DNA of 64,000 bases from Terriglobia bacterium (GTDB lineage Bacteria; Acidobacteriota; Terriglobia; Terriglobales; Acidobacteriaceae), in NCBI GenBank assembly GCA_020073565.1, contig JAIQEY010000018.1, positions 36,431-100,430 of the forward strand. The letters run 5' to 3'. The notes under the pieces were generated by a model. It saw only the letters and a program-made list of their open reading frames with translations. It had not been told where the DNA came from and made no database searches. Made by a program: the position numbers and the translations under genes. This document shows, one piece after another, positions 9,155 through 18,508 of the stretch (positions are counted from its first letter, which is position 1; every line of letters begins with the position of its first letter).

Positions 9155-10120
9155 ATGACTGCACTCATCCGGCGCACTGCCTGGTCGCTCCGAACGCTGC
9201 CTCCGCCGCGTTGGGTTCCCATCATTCTACTGTGTCTGATGTGCCTTTCCGCACAGGCGCAAACGCCCGCCGAGTCTCGCCGGCAGTTGTTGCACTACTT
9301 GGAATCCGGACAACTGCGGGATGCCGTCTTGCTGGGCCAGCAAACCGTGTCGCGCTGGCCGCGCGATCCTCTGTTCCGGCACTATCTTGGAGTCGCCTAT
9401 TTCAAATCAGGAGATGCCAAGCAGGCGCGGGAACAGCTCCTTCGGGCTCGCGATCTGGACCCGCAAGATTCCGCCACGCATTTTGATCTGGCGCTCGTGC
9501 TATTCAGCGAGCAGGACTACCTGGCCTCCGCCACTGAACTTGAGACCGCCATCCAGATCACGCCTTCGAGCGCCCCTGCGCATTTGCTGCTGGGGCGGGC
9601 GCATCTGAGTTCGAAACGCGAACTGCAGGCGATCGACGAGTTCAAGACCGCGCTCAAACTCGATCCAATGATCCGGCTGGGCCATTACTATCTTGGATTT
9701 GCCTACGCCAGCCTTGGCCGCAACGACGAAGCAATCGCCGAGTACAAGATCGAGTTGCAACGCTCGGGCGAGCTTCCCGAACTCACCTACCAACTGGGGC
9801 GTTCCCTGCTCGAGTCGGGCAAGAATGATGAAGCGATCAAATACTTGCAGCGTGCGGCGCAGTTGGATCCGAAGAATTCGAATGTCTGGTACAACCTGGG
9901 CAAGGCGCAGCTATTGGCCGGTCATGCCGAGCAGGCCGAACCTGCACTGAAAAAATCCATTCAACTGAACCCGAAGGATCCAAGTCCTCATTATCAGTTG
10001 GCGCGCGCCTTGGACAAGCTGGGCAGGGCCGACGAGGCTCGCCTCGAGCAAGAACGTTTCGCTGAACTCCGGAAGGCGCAACCGGCCGGCACGGGGATGG
10101 CGACCGCCGGCGACCAGTGA
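9155..10120 (+). CDS. Secreted tetratricopeptide (TPR) repeat protein
   Basis: Signal peptide (ILLCLMCLSAQA), then about 7 TPR units (YLGVAYFKSGD, LLLGRAHL, YYLGFAYASLGR, WYNLGKAQ, HYQLARAL). Confidence 0.8.
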   Translation: MTALIRRTAWSLRTLPPPRWVPIILLCLMCLSAQAQTPAESRRQLLHYLESGQLRDAVLLGQQTVSRWPRDPLFRHYLGVAYFKSGDAKQAREQLLRARDLDPQDSATHFDLALVLFSEQDYLASATELETAIQITPSSAPAHLLLGRAHLSSKRELQAIDEFKTALKLDPMIRLGHYYLGFAYASLGRNDEAIAEYKIELQRSGELPELTYQLGRSLLESGKNDEAIKYLQRAAQLDPKNSNVWYNLGKAQLLAGHAEQAEPALKKSIQLNPKDPSPHYQLARALDKLGRADEARLEQERFAELRKAQPAGTGMATAGDQ

Positions 10121-10423
10121 TTCATGAATACACTGCTCTGCAGTCTCCTAATAATCGCCGCCTGATCGCAGGTGGGCCGACGCAGGCTGCCCACCGCTGC
10201 AGCTATGATTATCCGTAAATATAGACCGAGATTTCTGTGGTTTTCCGGATATCGTCGCCCAAAACATAGAACTACGGCCCGCTATCTCAATTATTTTCAA
10301 GGCTTTACGATCTCTTACCTTTGGGTCGCTGCTTGCTACGAAACAGTCACAGACTAAAGGGTCAGACAGCCGCCTGTCTCTCCGAATAGTCTTGCTACTT
10401 CTTTTAGTCTGATAAGGAGCTAC

Positions 10424-13400
10424 ATGAAGCGATCTACCAACACGAGTATTATGCTCTGCCTCCTGGTTCTCTTCGCACTTGCTCTTTGCGTGCCTGTGTT
10501 GGCGCAAGAGACCACCGCCGGCATTCAGGGCGTTGTGAAGGACCAGACTGGCGCGGTGGTGTCGAACGCGGCCGTCGAAATCTCCGGCCCCGCTCTCATC
10601 GGCACCAAGAAAGCGAACACCGATTCAAACGGTTCGTATCATTTTTCCAATCTCTCCCCCGGCACCTACATCCTCACCGTCACCGCCAGGGGCTTCAAGG
10701 TAGCGAAGCGAGCCGGCATCGACCTCGAAGCGGGCCGCCTTCCTAGCATGGATATCTCGCTGGAGTTGGGTCAGGCCTCTGAAATCATGGAGGTCACTGG
10801 ACAAGCGCCCCTCGTGGACGTTACCCAGAGCAAAGTGGCTGTGACCATCACGCAAGAGGTCTTGGAGAACATCCCCAAGGGACGCTCCTTCCAGTCCGTG
10901 ATTGGATTTGCTCCCGGCGCGCGACAGGAGCCGATGCAGAGCAAACGTGACGACACGGGCCGTCTGAATGGCTTCCAGATTGACGGCGCCTCGGACTCCG
11001 AGAACGTCTACATGACCGAAGGCCTGAACACCACTGCCATCTATGGCGGAGGTGTCGGCGCCAACGTCCCCATGGAATTCGTGCAGGAAGTTCAGGTAAA
11101 GACTTCCAGCTTCGAAGCTGAATTCGGCGGCGCCACCGGTGGCGTGGTCAACGTCATTCAGCGGCGCGGCGGGCCCAAGTGGCACGGCAGCGTTTTTACC
11201 TACTTCCAGGGCAATCAACTCAGCGGCAATGACAATTGCCTCGATCGAGCCGTCCTCTCGCTGTTTGCTGCTAGCTGTAACCTCCGCCTCCAGCCCGGTA
11301 CCAGCCTCAACGCCGGTTCTTTAGCGAACCTGTGGGCCGACCGCCAGGACGGCACGGCCGAGCAGTACGTCACCAAGCAGGACAAGTGGAGCACGGTGGA
11401 GCCCGGATACGAAATCGGAGGACCTCTGTTCAACAACCGCTTGTGGTTGTTCAGCAGTTACGTTCCGACGATCGCTAAAGTTACCCGCAACGTTGATTTC
11501 ACGGGCCTTAACCCTGGCCCGCGCGACTTCAACCAGTCCAGGACGACTCACAGCTTCATGAATCGGCTGGATTATCGCCTGACCGATTCGATCCGGCTGT
11601 TTGGTGCCTGGCAAAGCGGCTACGACCACGTGGTCGGCAACGTCAACATGCCGAGACCGGACTCCGCGCTTGGGCAAATAAATACCACCGCCGGAAACGA
11701 CCCTACCTCGTTGCGCCCGGACACCGGGTACGTGAGCCCGCTGACGATTCTCAACTTCGGCGGCGACGTTTCGCTGGGCTCGAAGGCGGTGATCACCGCC
11801 CGTTACGGCTCTTTCTACACCAACAGCGAGGATCGCGGGAAGCTCACCGGTACTCGCTATGTCTGGCAGTCTGACAGCACAGGAACCTGCGACCCAGCCA
11901 ACCCTGCGACCGCATGGGAGTGTGCAGTAACGGCTGCCGGGGCGAACCACACGGCTGGCTTTGCCAACATCGGCAACAACCAGCAGCAAGCCTTTGATGT
12001 CTTCTCCCGCAGGCAGTTCACCACCGACGTCTCGTACTTCGTCGGACGCTTCCTCGGAGGCACGCACAACCTCAAGGCCGGGTACTCCGTCATGCGCCAG
12101 GCAGAGAACGTGGCCAACACCTTCAACACGTCGAACATTTTGGTTTTCATGACCCAAACCGACGCCTACACCACGGCCAGCGGTCCGACCTCGACGGTCT
12201 GCGCTACGGTGATTGCGGCCAATGGCAAGTGCGCCGGTCCCTACGGCTACTACATCCTGCGCGACGGAGTGCTGACCAACGGCAAAGTCTCCGCGCTCAA
12301 CCACTCCATCTACTTCCAGGACGGCTGGACGATTAAAGGCCTCACCATCAATGCCGGAGTTCGCCTGGACAAGGAATTCCTGCCCCCGTACCGTCCAGGA
12401 GCATCGCAGATCTCGTTCGGCTTTGGTCAGAAGATAGCCCCACGAATCGGCGGCGCTTATGACCTGCTCCATAACGGTAAAGTCAAGCTATACGCTTCCT
12501 ACGGCAAGTTCTACGACATCATGAAGTATTCCTTGCCGCGTGGCTCCTTCGGTGGTGATCGCTGGCACGACTGCGCCTACAGTCTCGACAGTCCCGATTA
12601 CACCCAGATTGTTCCCGACAACGTCGGCGGCAAGTTCTGTCCCGATTCCGGGCCGGCTAGCGGCAGCGTCCCCGGCACCTTCATCGAAAACCAAGACTGG
12701 CGCGCCAGTGCGCCTGGCGACCCGTCCGATCCGATCATTCAACCGAACATGCATCCCATGTCAACCCACGAATACGTGTTTGGCGCGAATGTGGAAATCG
12801 CCCACAACTGGGCCCTGGAATCGCGCTATGCCCGCAAGCGGGTGGATTGGACGATCGAGGATATGTCCCTCGATGACGGACAGTACTACATCGGCAATCC
12901 GGGAACTGAATACAGCCAGTTACTGCATCGCGCCCTTCCGAATGCAGGCATCGACGCGGCCGTTTGTCCCACCTGCCCGAACCTTCCCAAGGCCATTCGC
13001 AACTACGACGGGCTGGAATTCCGTCTGGTCCGGCGGGGCTCGGATAAATGGTTCGCACAGATTCAATACGCCTACAGCCGGCTCTACGGCAACTATGCAG
13101 GATTGGCCGATACCGCCTTCCTGGATGGCAACGGAGGACGGCATGAGCCCAACAACGGTCGCGCCTTCGATTTGCCCCAAATGCTGTTTGACGGCCAGGG
13201 ACACACCATCGGCGGACCACTTCCAACCGACCGCCCGAATGTGTTTTCTGGAGTCGGGTACTATCGCCTGAAATGGTTTGGTATGGAGACGCTGATGGGG
13301 TTAACCCAGAGTTTCAACGAAGGCGTACCCATGAGCACGTGCCTGCCAACCGTGGATAGCACATCGAGTTGTATGTTCGTCGCGGGCCAAGGGAACTGGA

Positions 13401-13861
13401 TCAATTTCCACCAGGATCCTTCCACCGGCGACATCATTCAGGACAGCATCTCGAAGGGCAAGCGTATGCCTTGGATGATTCAGACCGACCTGAACCTCTC
13501 GCATCAACTCAGGGTCAGCAAGTCCAACGAGAACCTGCGCCTCTCCTTCGGGCTGAATGTCTTTAACTTGTTCAATCAGCATCAACCGATCACGGTGTAC
13601 AACGCCCCCCTGGCAGGTAGTCAATATGACACCCCCACCGGCGGGGCGCTCGGCTGGGATTACCAGGCGTTGATGACCAACTTCAACTACATGGCGATCA
13701 TGAACGATAAGACAATCGTAATAGACCCCGACACTGGCAATCCTGTGTATGGCGGTCCAAACACCAACGGACAACCGAATACCTTGGCTTCCCGGTACGG
13801 TCACCCAGTCTTCTACCAGAGCGCGCGCAACATGCGTCTCCAAATCAAGTTCACCTTCTAG
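10424..13861 (+). CDS. TonB-dependent outer-membrane receptor with N-terminal carboxypeptidase-regulatory-like domain
   Basis: AAGGAG RBS and a signal peptide. GIQGVVKDQTGAVVSNAAVEISG...DSNGSYHFSNLSPGTYILTVTARGFK (CarboxypepD_reg). A plug-like segment, a long beta-rich body, and a C-terminal ...LQIKFTF aromatic OMP signature. Confidence 0.85.
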   Translation: MKRSTNTSIMLCLLVLFALALCVPVLAQETTAGIQGVVKDQTGAVVSNAAVEISGPALIGTKKANTDSNGSYHFSNLSPGTYILTVTARGFKVAKRAGIDLEAGRLPSMDISLELGQASEIMEVTGQAPLVDVTQSKVAVTITQEVLENIPKGRSFQSVIGFAPGARQEPMQSKRDDTGRLNGFQIDGASDSENVYMTEGLNTTAIYGGGVGANVPMEFVQEVQVKTSSFEAEFGGATGGVVNVIQRRGGPKWHGSVFTYFQGNQLSGNDNCLDRAVLSLFAASCNLRLQPGTSLNAGSLANLWADRQDGTAEQYVTKQDKWSTVEPGYEIGGPLFNNRLWLFSSYVPTIAKVTRNVDFTGLNPGPRDFNQSRTTHSFMNRLDYRLTDSIRLFGAWQSGYDHVVGNVNMPRPDSALGQINTTAGNDPTSLRPDTGYVSPLTILNFGGDVSLGSKAVITARYGSFYTNSEDRGKLTGTRYVWQSDSTGTCDPANPATAWECAVTAAGANHTAGFANIGNNQQQAFDVFSRRQFTTDVSYFVGRFLGGTHNLKAGYSVMRQAENVANTFNTSNILVFMTQTDAYTTASGPTSTVCATVIAANGKCAGPYGYYILRDGVLTNGKVSALNHSIYFQDGWTIKGLTINAGVRLDKEFLPPYRPGASQISFGFGQKIAPRIGGAYDLLHNGKVKLYASYGKFYDIMKYSLPRGSFGGDRWHDCAYSLDSPDYTQIVPDNVGGKFCPDSGPASGSVPGTFIENQDWRASAPGDPSDPIIQPNMHPMSTHEYVFGANVEIAHNWALESRYARKRVDWTIEDMSLDDGQYYIGNPGTEYSQLLHRALPNAGIDAAVCPTCPNLPKAIRNYDGLEFRLVRRGSDKWFAQIQYAYSRLYGNYAGLADTAFLDGNGGRHEPNNGRAFDLPQMLFDGQGHTIGGPLPTDRPNVFSGVGYYRLKWFGMETLMGLTQSFNEGVPMSTCLPTVDSTSSCMFVAGQGNWINFHQDPSTGDIIQDSISKGKRMPWMIQTDLNLSHQLRVSKSNENLRLSFGLNVFNLFNQHQPITVYNAPLAGSQYDTPTGGALGWDYQALMTNFNYMAIMNDKTIVIDPDTGNPVYGGPNTNGQPNTLASRYGHPVFYQSARNMRLQIKFTF

Positions 13862-13882
13862 CAACTGGCGAACTTCACTTTC

Positions 13883-13920
13883 CGGGGCCGGAGAAATCCG
13901 GCCCCGTTCTTTTTTGTTTT
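13883..13920 (+). terminator. Rho-independent terminator after the TonB-dependent receptor
   Basis: cggggccgga-gaaa-tccggccccg (10-bp stem) followed by ttcttttttgtttt. Confidence 0.8.
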
Positions 13921-14163
13921 CATTTTCCGGGGATTCGGCTCGACTTAACTCCCTGATTCCAAATGACTCCGGTTGAGATAACGGGATAAGTAAATTACTT
14001 CTGGGCGAACAGGCCACGATTCGTCGTAAATTGAACACTGGAACCCTGAAAGACCTGCGAAGCAGACTAGCGGCCACCGACACTGGATTCACAGTCCTTT
14101 CATAGTTCTGCTTTATGCTTGGTGTCTCCGTTCTCAGGTCCCTGGGGATTGAGCGAGTTTGCC

Positions 14164-14907
14164 ATGGCCCGAAAACAGCCAGTCCTGGTTGCGCGAGCAA
14201 AGCGGCGTTCCGTCCCTTCTCGTTCGCAAACCGGCACTCCCGTGGATATCGCCGCGAGCGTAGAAATTCCCGGCGACGAACTGTCCGCTCTGGTTGTGCG
14301 GGGATGCCTGATTGCGCGGGACGCGGTCTTCAACGTAAGAGACTTCCTCAGTACTGGATCGCGCATGGCCTTCCTGACCATCAAGGACTGCGAAAAAGAG
14401 CTCGACCAGATCGAACGGAAGATTGACGAGCAACTGCCCGGGGCCATCACTCGCGTGGGCGAAACGAAAGCGCGTCAGCTTCTGGCGTGTCTGAAATTTA
14501 TTACCGACCTGGAGCGGATCGGGGACCTTGCCTACAGTGCGGTGATGCAACTGCACTCGCGGCGCGAAAAGTTGCCGCCGGTCGACTCGCGCCAGTTGGT
14601 GGAGATGGCTTCCCTGCTCTGCGACATGCTGGAACAGGTGCACCAGGGTTTCGTCAAACGCGAAGTAAGTTACGGCAAACGTATTTTGCAAGCCGATCCC
14701 GAAGTCGATCACCTTTGCCACGCCTTGTTCCAGCGGCATCTGGCCGAGACCAACACGCCCGATGGCCGCCAGAATTTCGACATCCTCCTCGCCGCGCAAG
14801 CCCTGGAGCGCATCGGAGATCACGCCAAGAACCTGGCCGAGGAACTCTGCAGTCTGGCCGAAGGACGCTCGCTGCGGCACAATGCCAGGAAGTTCTCCAC
14901 GTCGTAA
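14164..14907 (+). CDS. PhoU-domain protein (phosphate-signalling regulator family)
   Basis: Two PhoU repeats, each with the E(R)IGD motif (LERIGDLAYS, LERIGDHAKN). The start (ATG 14164) is uncertain. Confidence 0.7.
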   Translation: MARKQPVLVARAKRRSVPSRSQTGTPVDIAASVEIPGDELSALVVRGCLIARDAVFNVRDFLSTGSRMAFLTIKDCEKELDQIERKIDEQLPGAITRVGETKARQLLACLKFITDLERIGDLAYSAVMQLHSRREKLPPVDSRQLVEMASLLCDMLEQVHQGFVKREVSYGKRILQADPEVDHLCHALFQRHLAETNTPDGRQNFDILLAAQALERIGDHAKNLAEELCSLAEGRSLRHNARKFSTS

Positions 14908-14927
14908 CCACCGTCAATCAATGCTGT

Positions 14928-14948
14928 CCTCTGTGCCCTCTGTGGTTA
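14928..14948. repeat. Solo arm of the ctcYgtg-type palindromic element family
   Basis: tcctctgtgccctctgtggtt lies between the convergent phoU-like and dnaE2 stops. It resembles the arms at 15635-15660 and 18182-18195. Confidence 0.4.
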
Positions 14949-14992
14949 ATAATTTTTGGCCGTTGTGAGGAAAGCGGATATGGCAGAGAAGG

Positions 14993-17900
14993 CTAGCGAA
15001 AATCATGTGAGGTTGTTTCCGCCTGCGTGATGCGCAGCGGAAAAACCTTCTCTGCCCGAATATGGATCACGTTGTCCTGGTTTTGCAGGATGCCCTCAAT
15101 CATCAGAAAGCGCGCAGAGATCAGCAGCACGCGATTCTTCTGCAAAAGATCAGGCGCCACGATGGCATTCGCGATTCCAGTTTCATCCTCCAGGCTCATG
15201 AACATCATTCCCTTGGCTGTGCCAGGACGTTGCCGCGCAATCACACATCCTCCAATGCGCAAGCGGCGTCCGTCGGGAATGTGTGCGAGATCCGAAGCGC
15301 GATAGATTCCCATCTTCTGCATTTCTGCGCGGCGATATTGCATGGGATGAGGACCGACTGTCAGTCCAGTCCCGCGAAAATCGGCGACCAGGCGTTCTTC
15401 GTGCGTCATGGCTCGGAGTGGAGATTTAGCGTCCGCTTCCGGAACTTCGTCCAGCAAAGGTCCCGACCAGCGAACCGCTTTCTCGACCTGCCAGAGCGCA
15501 TCCCGTCGATGAAACGCCATTTCACCACGGAGGCACGGAGACACGGAGGAATTCTTTTCATCACAAGGAGGACGCATTGCCATGTCTCCCTTAATACGGT
15601 TTCCCATCGAATCAGGATTTATGAATATGCCTTTCTCCGTGTCTCCGTGCCTCCGTGGTGGATTTCCAATTTCATTCAGCGCACCGATTTCTGCCAGCGT
15701 GGTCAGTTCGTCTTTGCGCAACTCAGGCACGCGGCGCGCCAGATCCTGTATGGAAACGAACGGCGCCAGACTACGCTCCCGCACCAACGCCTGCCCCGCC
15801 GGCTTGCGCAACCCGCGCGCATAGTTCAATCCCAACCGGACAGCAAACTCCGCGCTCGTACTGGCTACTGGCAACTGGCTACTCGCTACTGCTTCTAACG
15901 TGCACTTCCAGTCCGACTTCGTCACATCCAAGGGCAGCATCTTCAATCCGTGCCGCTGCGCATCTTTTACGATCGTCGACGGATGGTAAAAACCCATCGG
16001 CTGATTGTTTAACAGTGCCGCCGTGAATGCCGCCAGGTAATGACACTTCAGATAGGCGCTCGCATACGCAATCAGGGCAAAACTGGCGGCGTGCGATTCC
16101 GGAAATCCGTACAACGCAAACGATGTAATCGACTGGATGATCTGCTCCTGCGTCTCGCCGCAGATTCCATTGCGCGTCATACCCGCGCGCAGCTTTTCTT
16201 CGATGACTTTCATCCGCGCCTGGGAGCGCTTAAATCCCATGGCGCGGCGCAACTCTTCCGCCTCGCCGCCGGTGAAATTGGCAGTGATCATCGCCATACG
16301 CAGGAGTTGCTCCTGAAAAAGCGGCACACCCAGCGTCCGCCCGAGCACAGCCTCAAGCGACGGATGTGGATACGTGATTTCTTCCCTACCCTGCCGGCGC
16401 TTGAGAAACGGGTTCACCATGTTCCCCACGATCGGCCCAGGCCGGATGATCGCGACCTGCACCACGATGTCGTAGAATTTCTGCGGCTTCAGGCGTGGCA
16501 GGCACGACATCTGCGCGCGGCTCTCCACCTGGAACATGCCGACCGTATCGGCTTTCTGCAACGCGGAATACACGGCGGAGTCGTCGGCCGGAAGATGCGC
16601 CAGATCGACCTCTTCCTTGTGGTGATCGCGAATGAGTTCAATGGAATCTTTCAGCGCGGCCATCATGCCCAGTCCAAGCAGGTCAACTTTGATAATTTTC
16701 ATGTCCGCGCAGTCTTCTTTATCCCACTGCACGACGACGCGGCCCGGCATGGAAGCAGGCTCCAGCGGCACAACCGAATCCAACCGTCCCTGACAAATCA
16801 CCATGCCGCCCGAGTGCTGCCCCAAGTGCCGCGGCAGATCCTGTACCGCGAGACACAACTCGAAATATTTGCGAATGCGCGGATGCGTCAGATCGAGCCC
16901 GGCGTCGCGCAGGCGGCGGTCGAGCGCATCGTTTTCGTCCCTAAATTCCCAGGTGGCGACTGCGCCGGAAATTCGCTTCAGCGTATCTTCATCGAATCCG
17001 AGCGCCTTGCCCATTTCTCGCGCGGCCATGCGATTGCGATACGTGATCACGTTGGCCGTCATCGCCGCGCCACGTTGCCCGTAACGCTGGTACACGTACT
17101 GGATCACTCGCTCACGTTCGTCGCCGCTGGGTAGATCGAGATCGATGTCGGGCCACTCGCCACGCTCTTCAGAAAGAAATCGTTCGAACAGCAAGTCCAT
17201 CGCAATCGGATCCACCGCCGTGATCCCAAGTGAGTAGCAAACCACGCTGTTCGCAGCCGACCCGCGGCCTTGCACCAGAATGTTCTCGTTGCGACAGAAG
17301 CGCACCAGGTCCCAGACGATCAGGAAATATCCAGGCAAATCAAGTTTTCCAATCAGTTGCAGTTCGCGCTCGATCTGACGGCGCGCCCGGCTCTTCAGCT
17401 CGGCAGAAGCGCGGCCGTAGTGGCTCTGAAATCCTTCGCGCGTACGTTCACGGAGAAACGACATCATGGTTTCGCCTTCGGGCACGGGATAGCGCGGGAA
17501 CTCGTATCCAAGATCGTCGAGCGTGAATTCGAGACGAGCGGAAATACGAGAGGTGTTCGCAATTGCCTCGGGAAGATCCGCAAAAAGTGCCCGCATGTCA
17601 GCCGCGGATTTGAGATGCCGCTCGGAATTTCGCGCCAGCAACCGCCCGGCGGTAGCCAGCGTGCGATGATGCCGGAGCGCCGTAAATGCATCGGCCAATT
17701 CCCGTTCGTGCAACGTGGCGTAATTCACGCCGTTGGTGGCCAGCAAAGGGAGGCTGAGATTTTGCGCGATCTCAATGGCCACGCGGTTCCGATATTCTTC
17801 GTCGCGATAGAAATGCCGTTGCAGTTCGACAAAGACATTTTCCCGGCCGAAGATTTCTGTCAAGCGCTGGACCGATTCGAACGCCACCTGCGGACCGCCG

Positions 17901-18409
17901 TGTGCGAGCGCCTGCGCCAGCGGCCCCTCCTCGCCACCAGTCAGGCAAATCAACCCTTCCGCATGTTCCAGGAAATCCTGATCCTCCGCGCAGGCTCCTT
18001 CTTTTTGCCCAGCGCGCAGCTTCATTTTTGTGACCAGGCGGCAAAGGTTTTGATATCCCGTGCGGGATGCAACAAGCAGCGGAAGGTGGGGTTCACCACA
18101 GAGACACAGAGACACAGAGGAACCAGAAACTTGTTTTCGGGTTTTCTCTGTGACGGAGCCTGCCCTGAGCGCAGCCGAAGGGTGTCTCTGTGGTGAGAAG
18201 GCTTTGCACGTCACTTCAGCCCCAATATGCGCCTTGATTCCCGGTTTCGCAGCCGCTAGATGGAATCGCGGCGCCCCGTAAACGCCGTCACGATCGAGCA
18301 GCGCCATGCCGGGCATCCCCAGGTTTGCACACACGTCCACGAGTTTCTCGGGAATGGATGCGCCTTCGAGAAAACTGAATGCGGAGCGGGAGTGAAGTTC
18401 GATGTACAT
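14993..18409 (-). CDS. dnaE2: Error-prone DNA polymerase III alpha subunit DnaE2 (ImuC)
   Basis: MYIELHSRSAFSFLEGAS PHP N-terminus and conserved Pol IIIalpha core motifs. Last gene of the imuA-imuB-dnaE2 arrangement. Carries three in-frame repeat insertions (see findings). Confidence 0.9.
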   Translation of the reverse strand: MYIELHSRSAFSFLEGASIPEKLVDVCANLGMPGMALLDRDGVYGAPRFHLAAAKPGIKAHIGAEVTCKAFSPQRHPSAALRAGSVTEKTRKQVSGSSVSLCLCGEPHLPLLVASRTGYQNLCRLVTKMKLRAGQKEGACAEDQDFLEHAEGLICLTGGEEGPLAQALAHGGPQVAFESVQRLTEIFGRENVFVELQRHFYRDEEYRNRVAIEIAQNLSLPLLATNGVNYATLHERELADAFTALRHHRTLATAGRLLARNSERHLKSAADMRALFADLPEAIANTSRISARLEFTLDDLGYEFPRYPVPEGETMMSFLRERTREGFQSHYGRASAELKSRARRQIERELQLIGKLDLPGYFLIVWDLVRFCRNENILVQGRGSAANSVVCYSLGITAVDPIAMDLLFERFLSEERGEWPDIDLDLPSGDERERVIQYVYQRYGQRGAAMTANVITYRNRMAAREMGKALGFDEDTLKRISGAVATWEFRDENDALDRRLRDAGLDLTHPRIRKYFELCLAVQDLPRHLGQHSGGMVICQGRLDSVVPLEPASMPGRVVVQWDKEDCADMKIIKVDLLGLGMMAALKDSIELIRDHHKEEVDLAHLPADDSAVYSALQKADTVGMFQVESRAQMSCLPRLKPQKFYDIVVQVAIIRPGPIVGNMVNPFLKRRQGREEITYPHPSLEAVLGRTLGVPLFQEQLLRMAMITANFTGGEAEELRRAMGFKRSQARMKVIEEKLRAGMTRNGICGETQEQIIQSITSFALYGFPESHAASFALIAYASAYLKCHYLAAFTAALLNNQPMGFYHPSTIVKDAQRHGLKMLPLDVTKSDWKCTLEAVASSQLPVASTSAEFAVRLGLNYARGLRKPAGQALVRERSLAPFVSIQDLARRVPELRKDELTTLAEIGALNEIGNPPRRHGDTEKGIFINPDSMGNRIKGDMAMRPPCDEKNSSVSPCLRGEMAFHRRDALWQVEKAVRWSGPLLDEVPEADAKSPLRAMTHEERLVADFRGTGLTVGPHPMQYRRAEMQKMGIYRASDLAHIPDGRRLRIGGCVIARQRPGTAKGMMFMSLEDETGIANAIVAPDLLQKNRVLLISARFLMIEGILQNQDNVIHIRAEKVFPLRITQAETTSHDFR
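15523..15660. repeat. 138-bp MITE/REP-like element with perfect 26-bp terminal inverted repeats, inserted in frame in dnaE2
   Basis: caccacggaggcacggagacacggag (15523-15548) is the exact reverse complement of 15635-15660. Length is 46 codons. Translated as PPRRHGDTEK...SVSPCLRGE. Confidence 0.85.
15858..15892. repeat. Short-period repeat patch inside dnaE2
   Basis: gtactggctactggcaactggctactcgctactgc, translated as VASSQLPVAS. Confidence 0.5.
18094..18195. repeat. 102-bp palindromic element with 14-bp terminal inverted repeats, inserted in frame in dnaE2
   Basis: caccacagagacac (18094-18107) pairs with gtgtctctgtggtg (18182-18195). Length is 34 codons. Translated as SPQRH...SVSLCLCGE. Confidence 0.75.
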
Positions 18410-18414
18410 CGGCA

Positions 18415-18508
18415 GGTTTCTAGTTGCTAGTTGCTAGTTTCTGGTTTGGTAGCAAAAGCATGGCATTGCTCAGCATCTAGAAACTAGCAACCAGAAACGA
18501 GCTACTAG
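18415..18508. repeat. Short-period repeat hairpin between imuB stop and dnaE2 start
   Basis: ggtttctagttgctagttgctagtttctggttt ... ctagaaactagcaaccagaaacgagctactag. gtttctggtt/aaccagaaac and ctagtttct/agaaactag are complementary. It overlaps the imuB stop codon. Confidence 0.6.

Noticed and set aside
11321-12472. 383-aa minus-strand ORF
   Set aside because: It is antisense to the TonB-dependent receptor. A shadow ORF.
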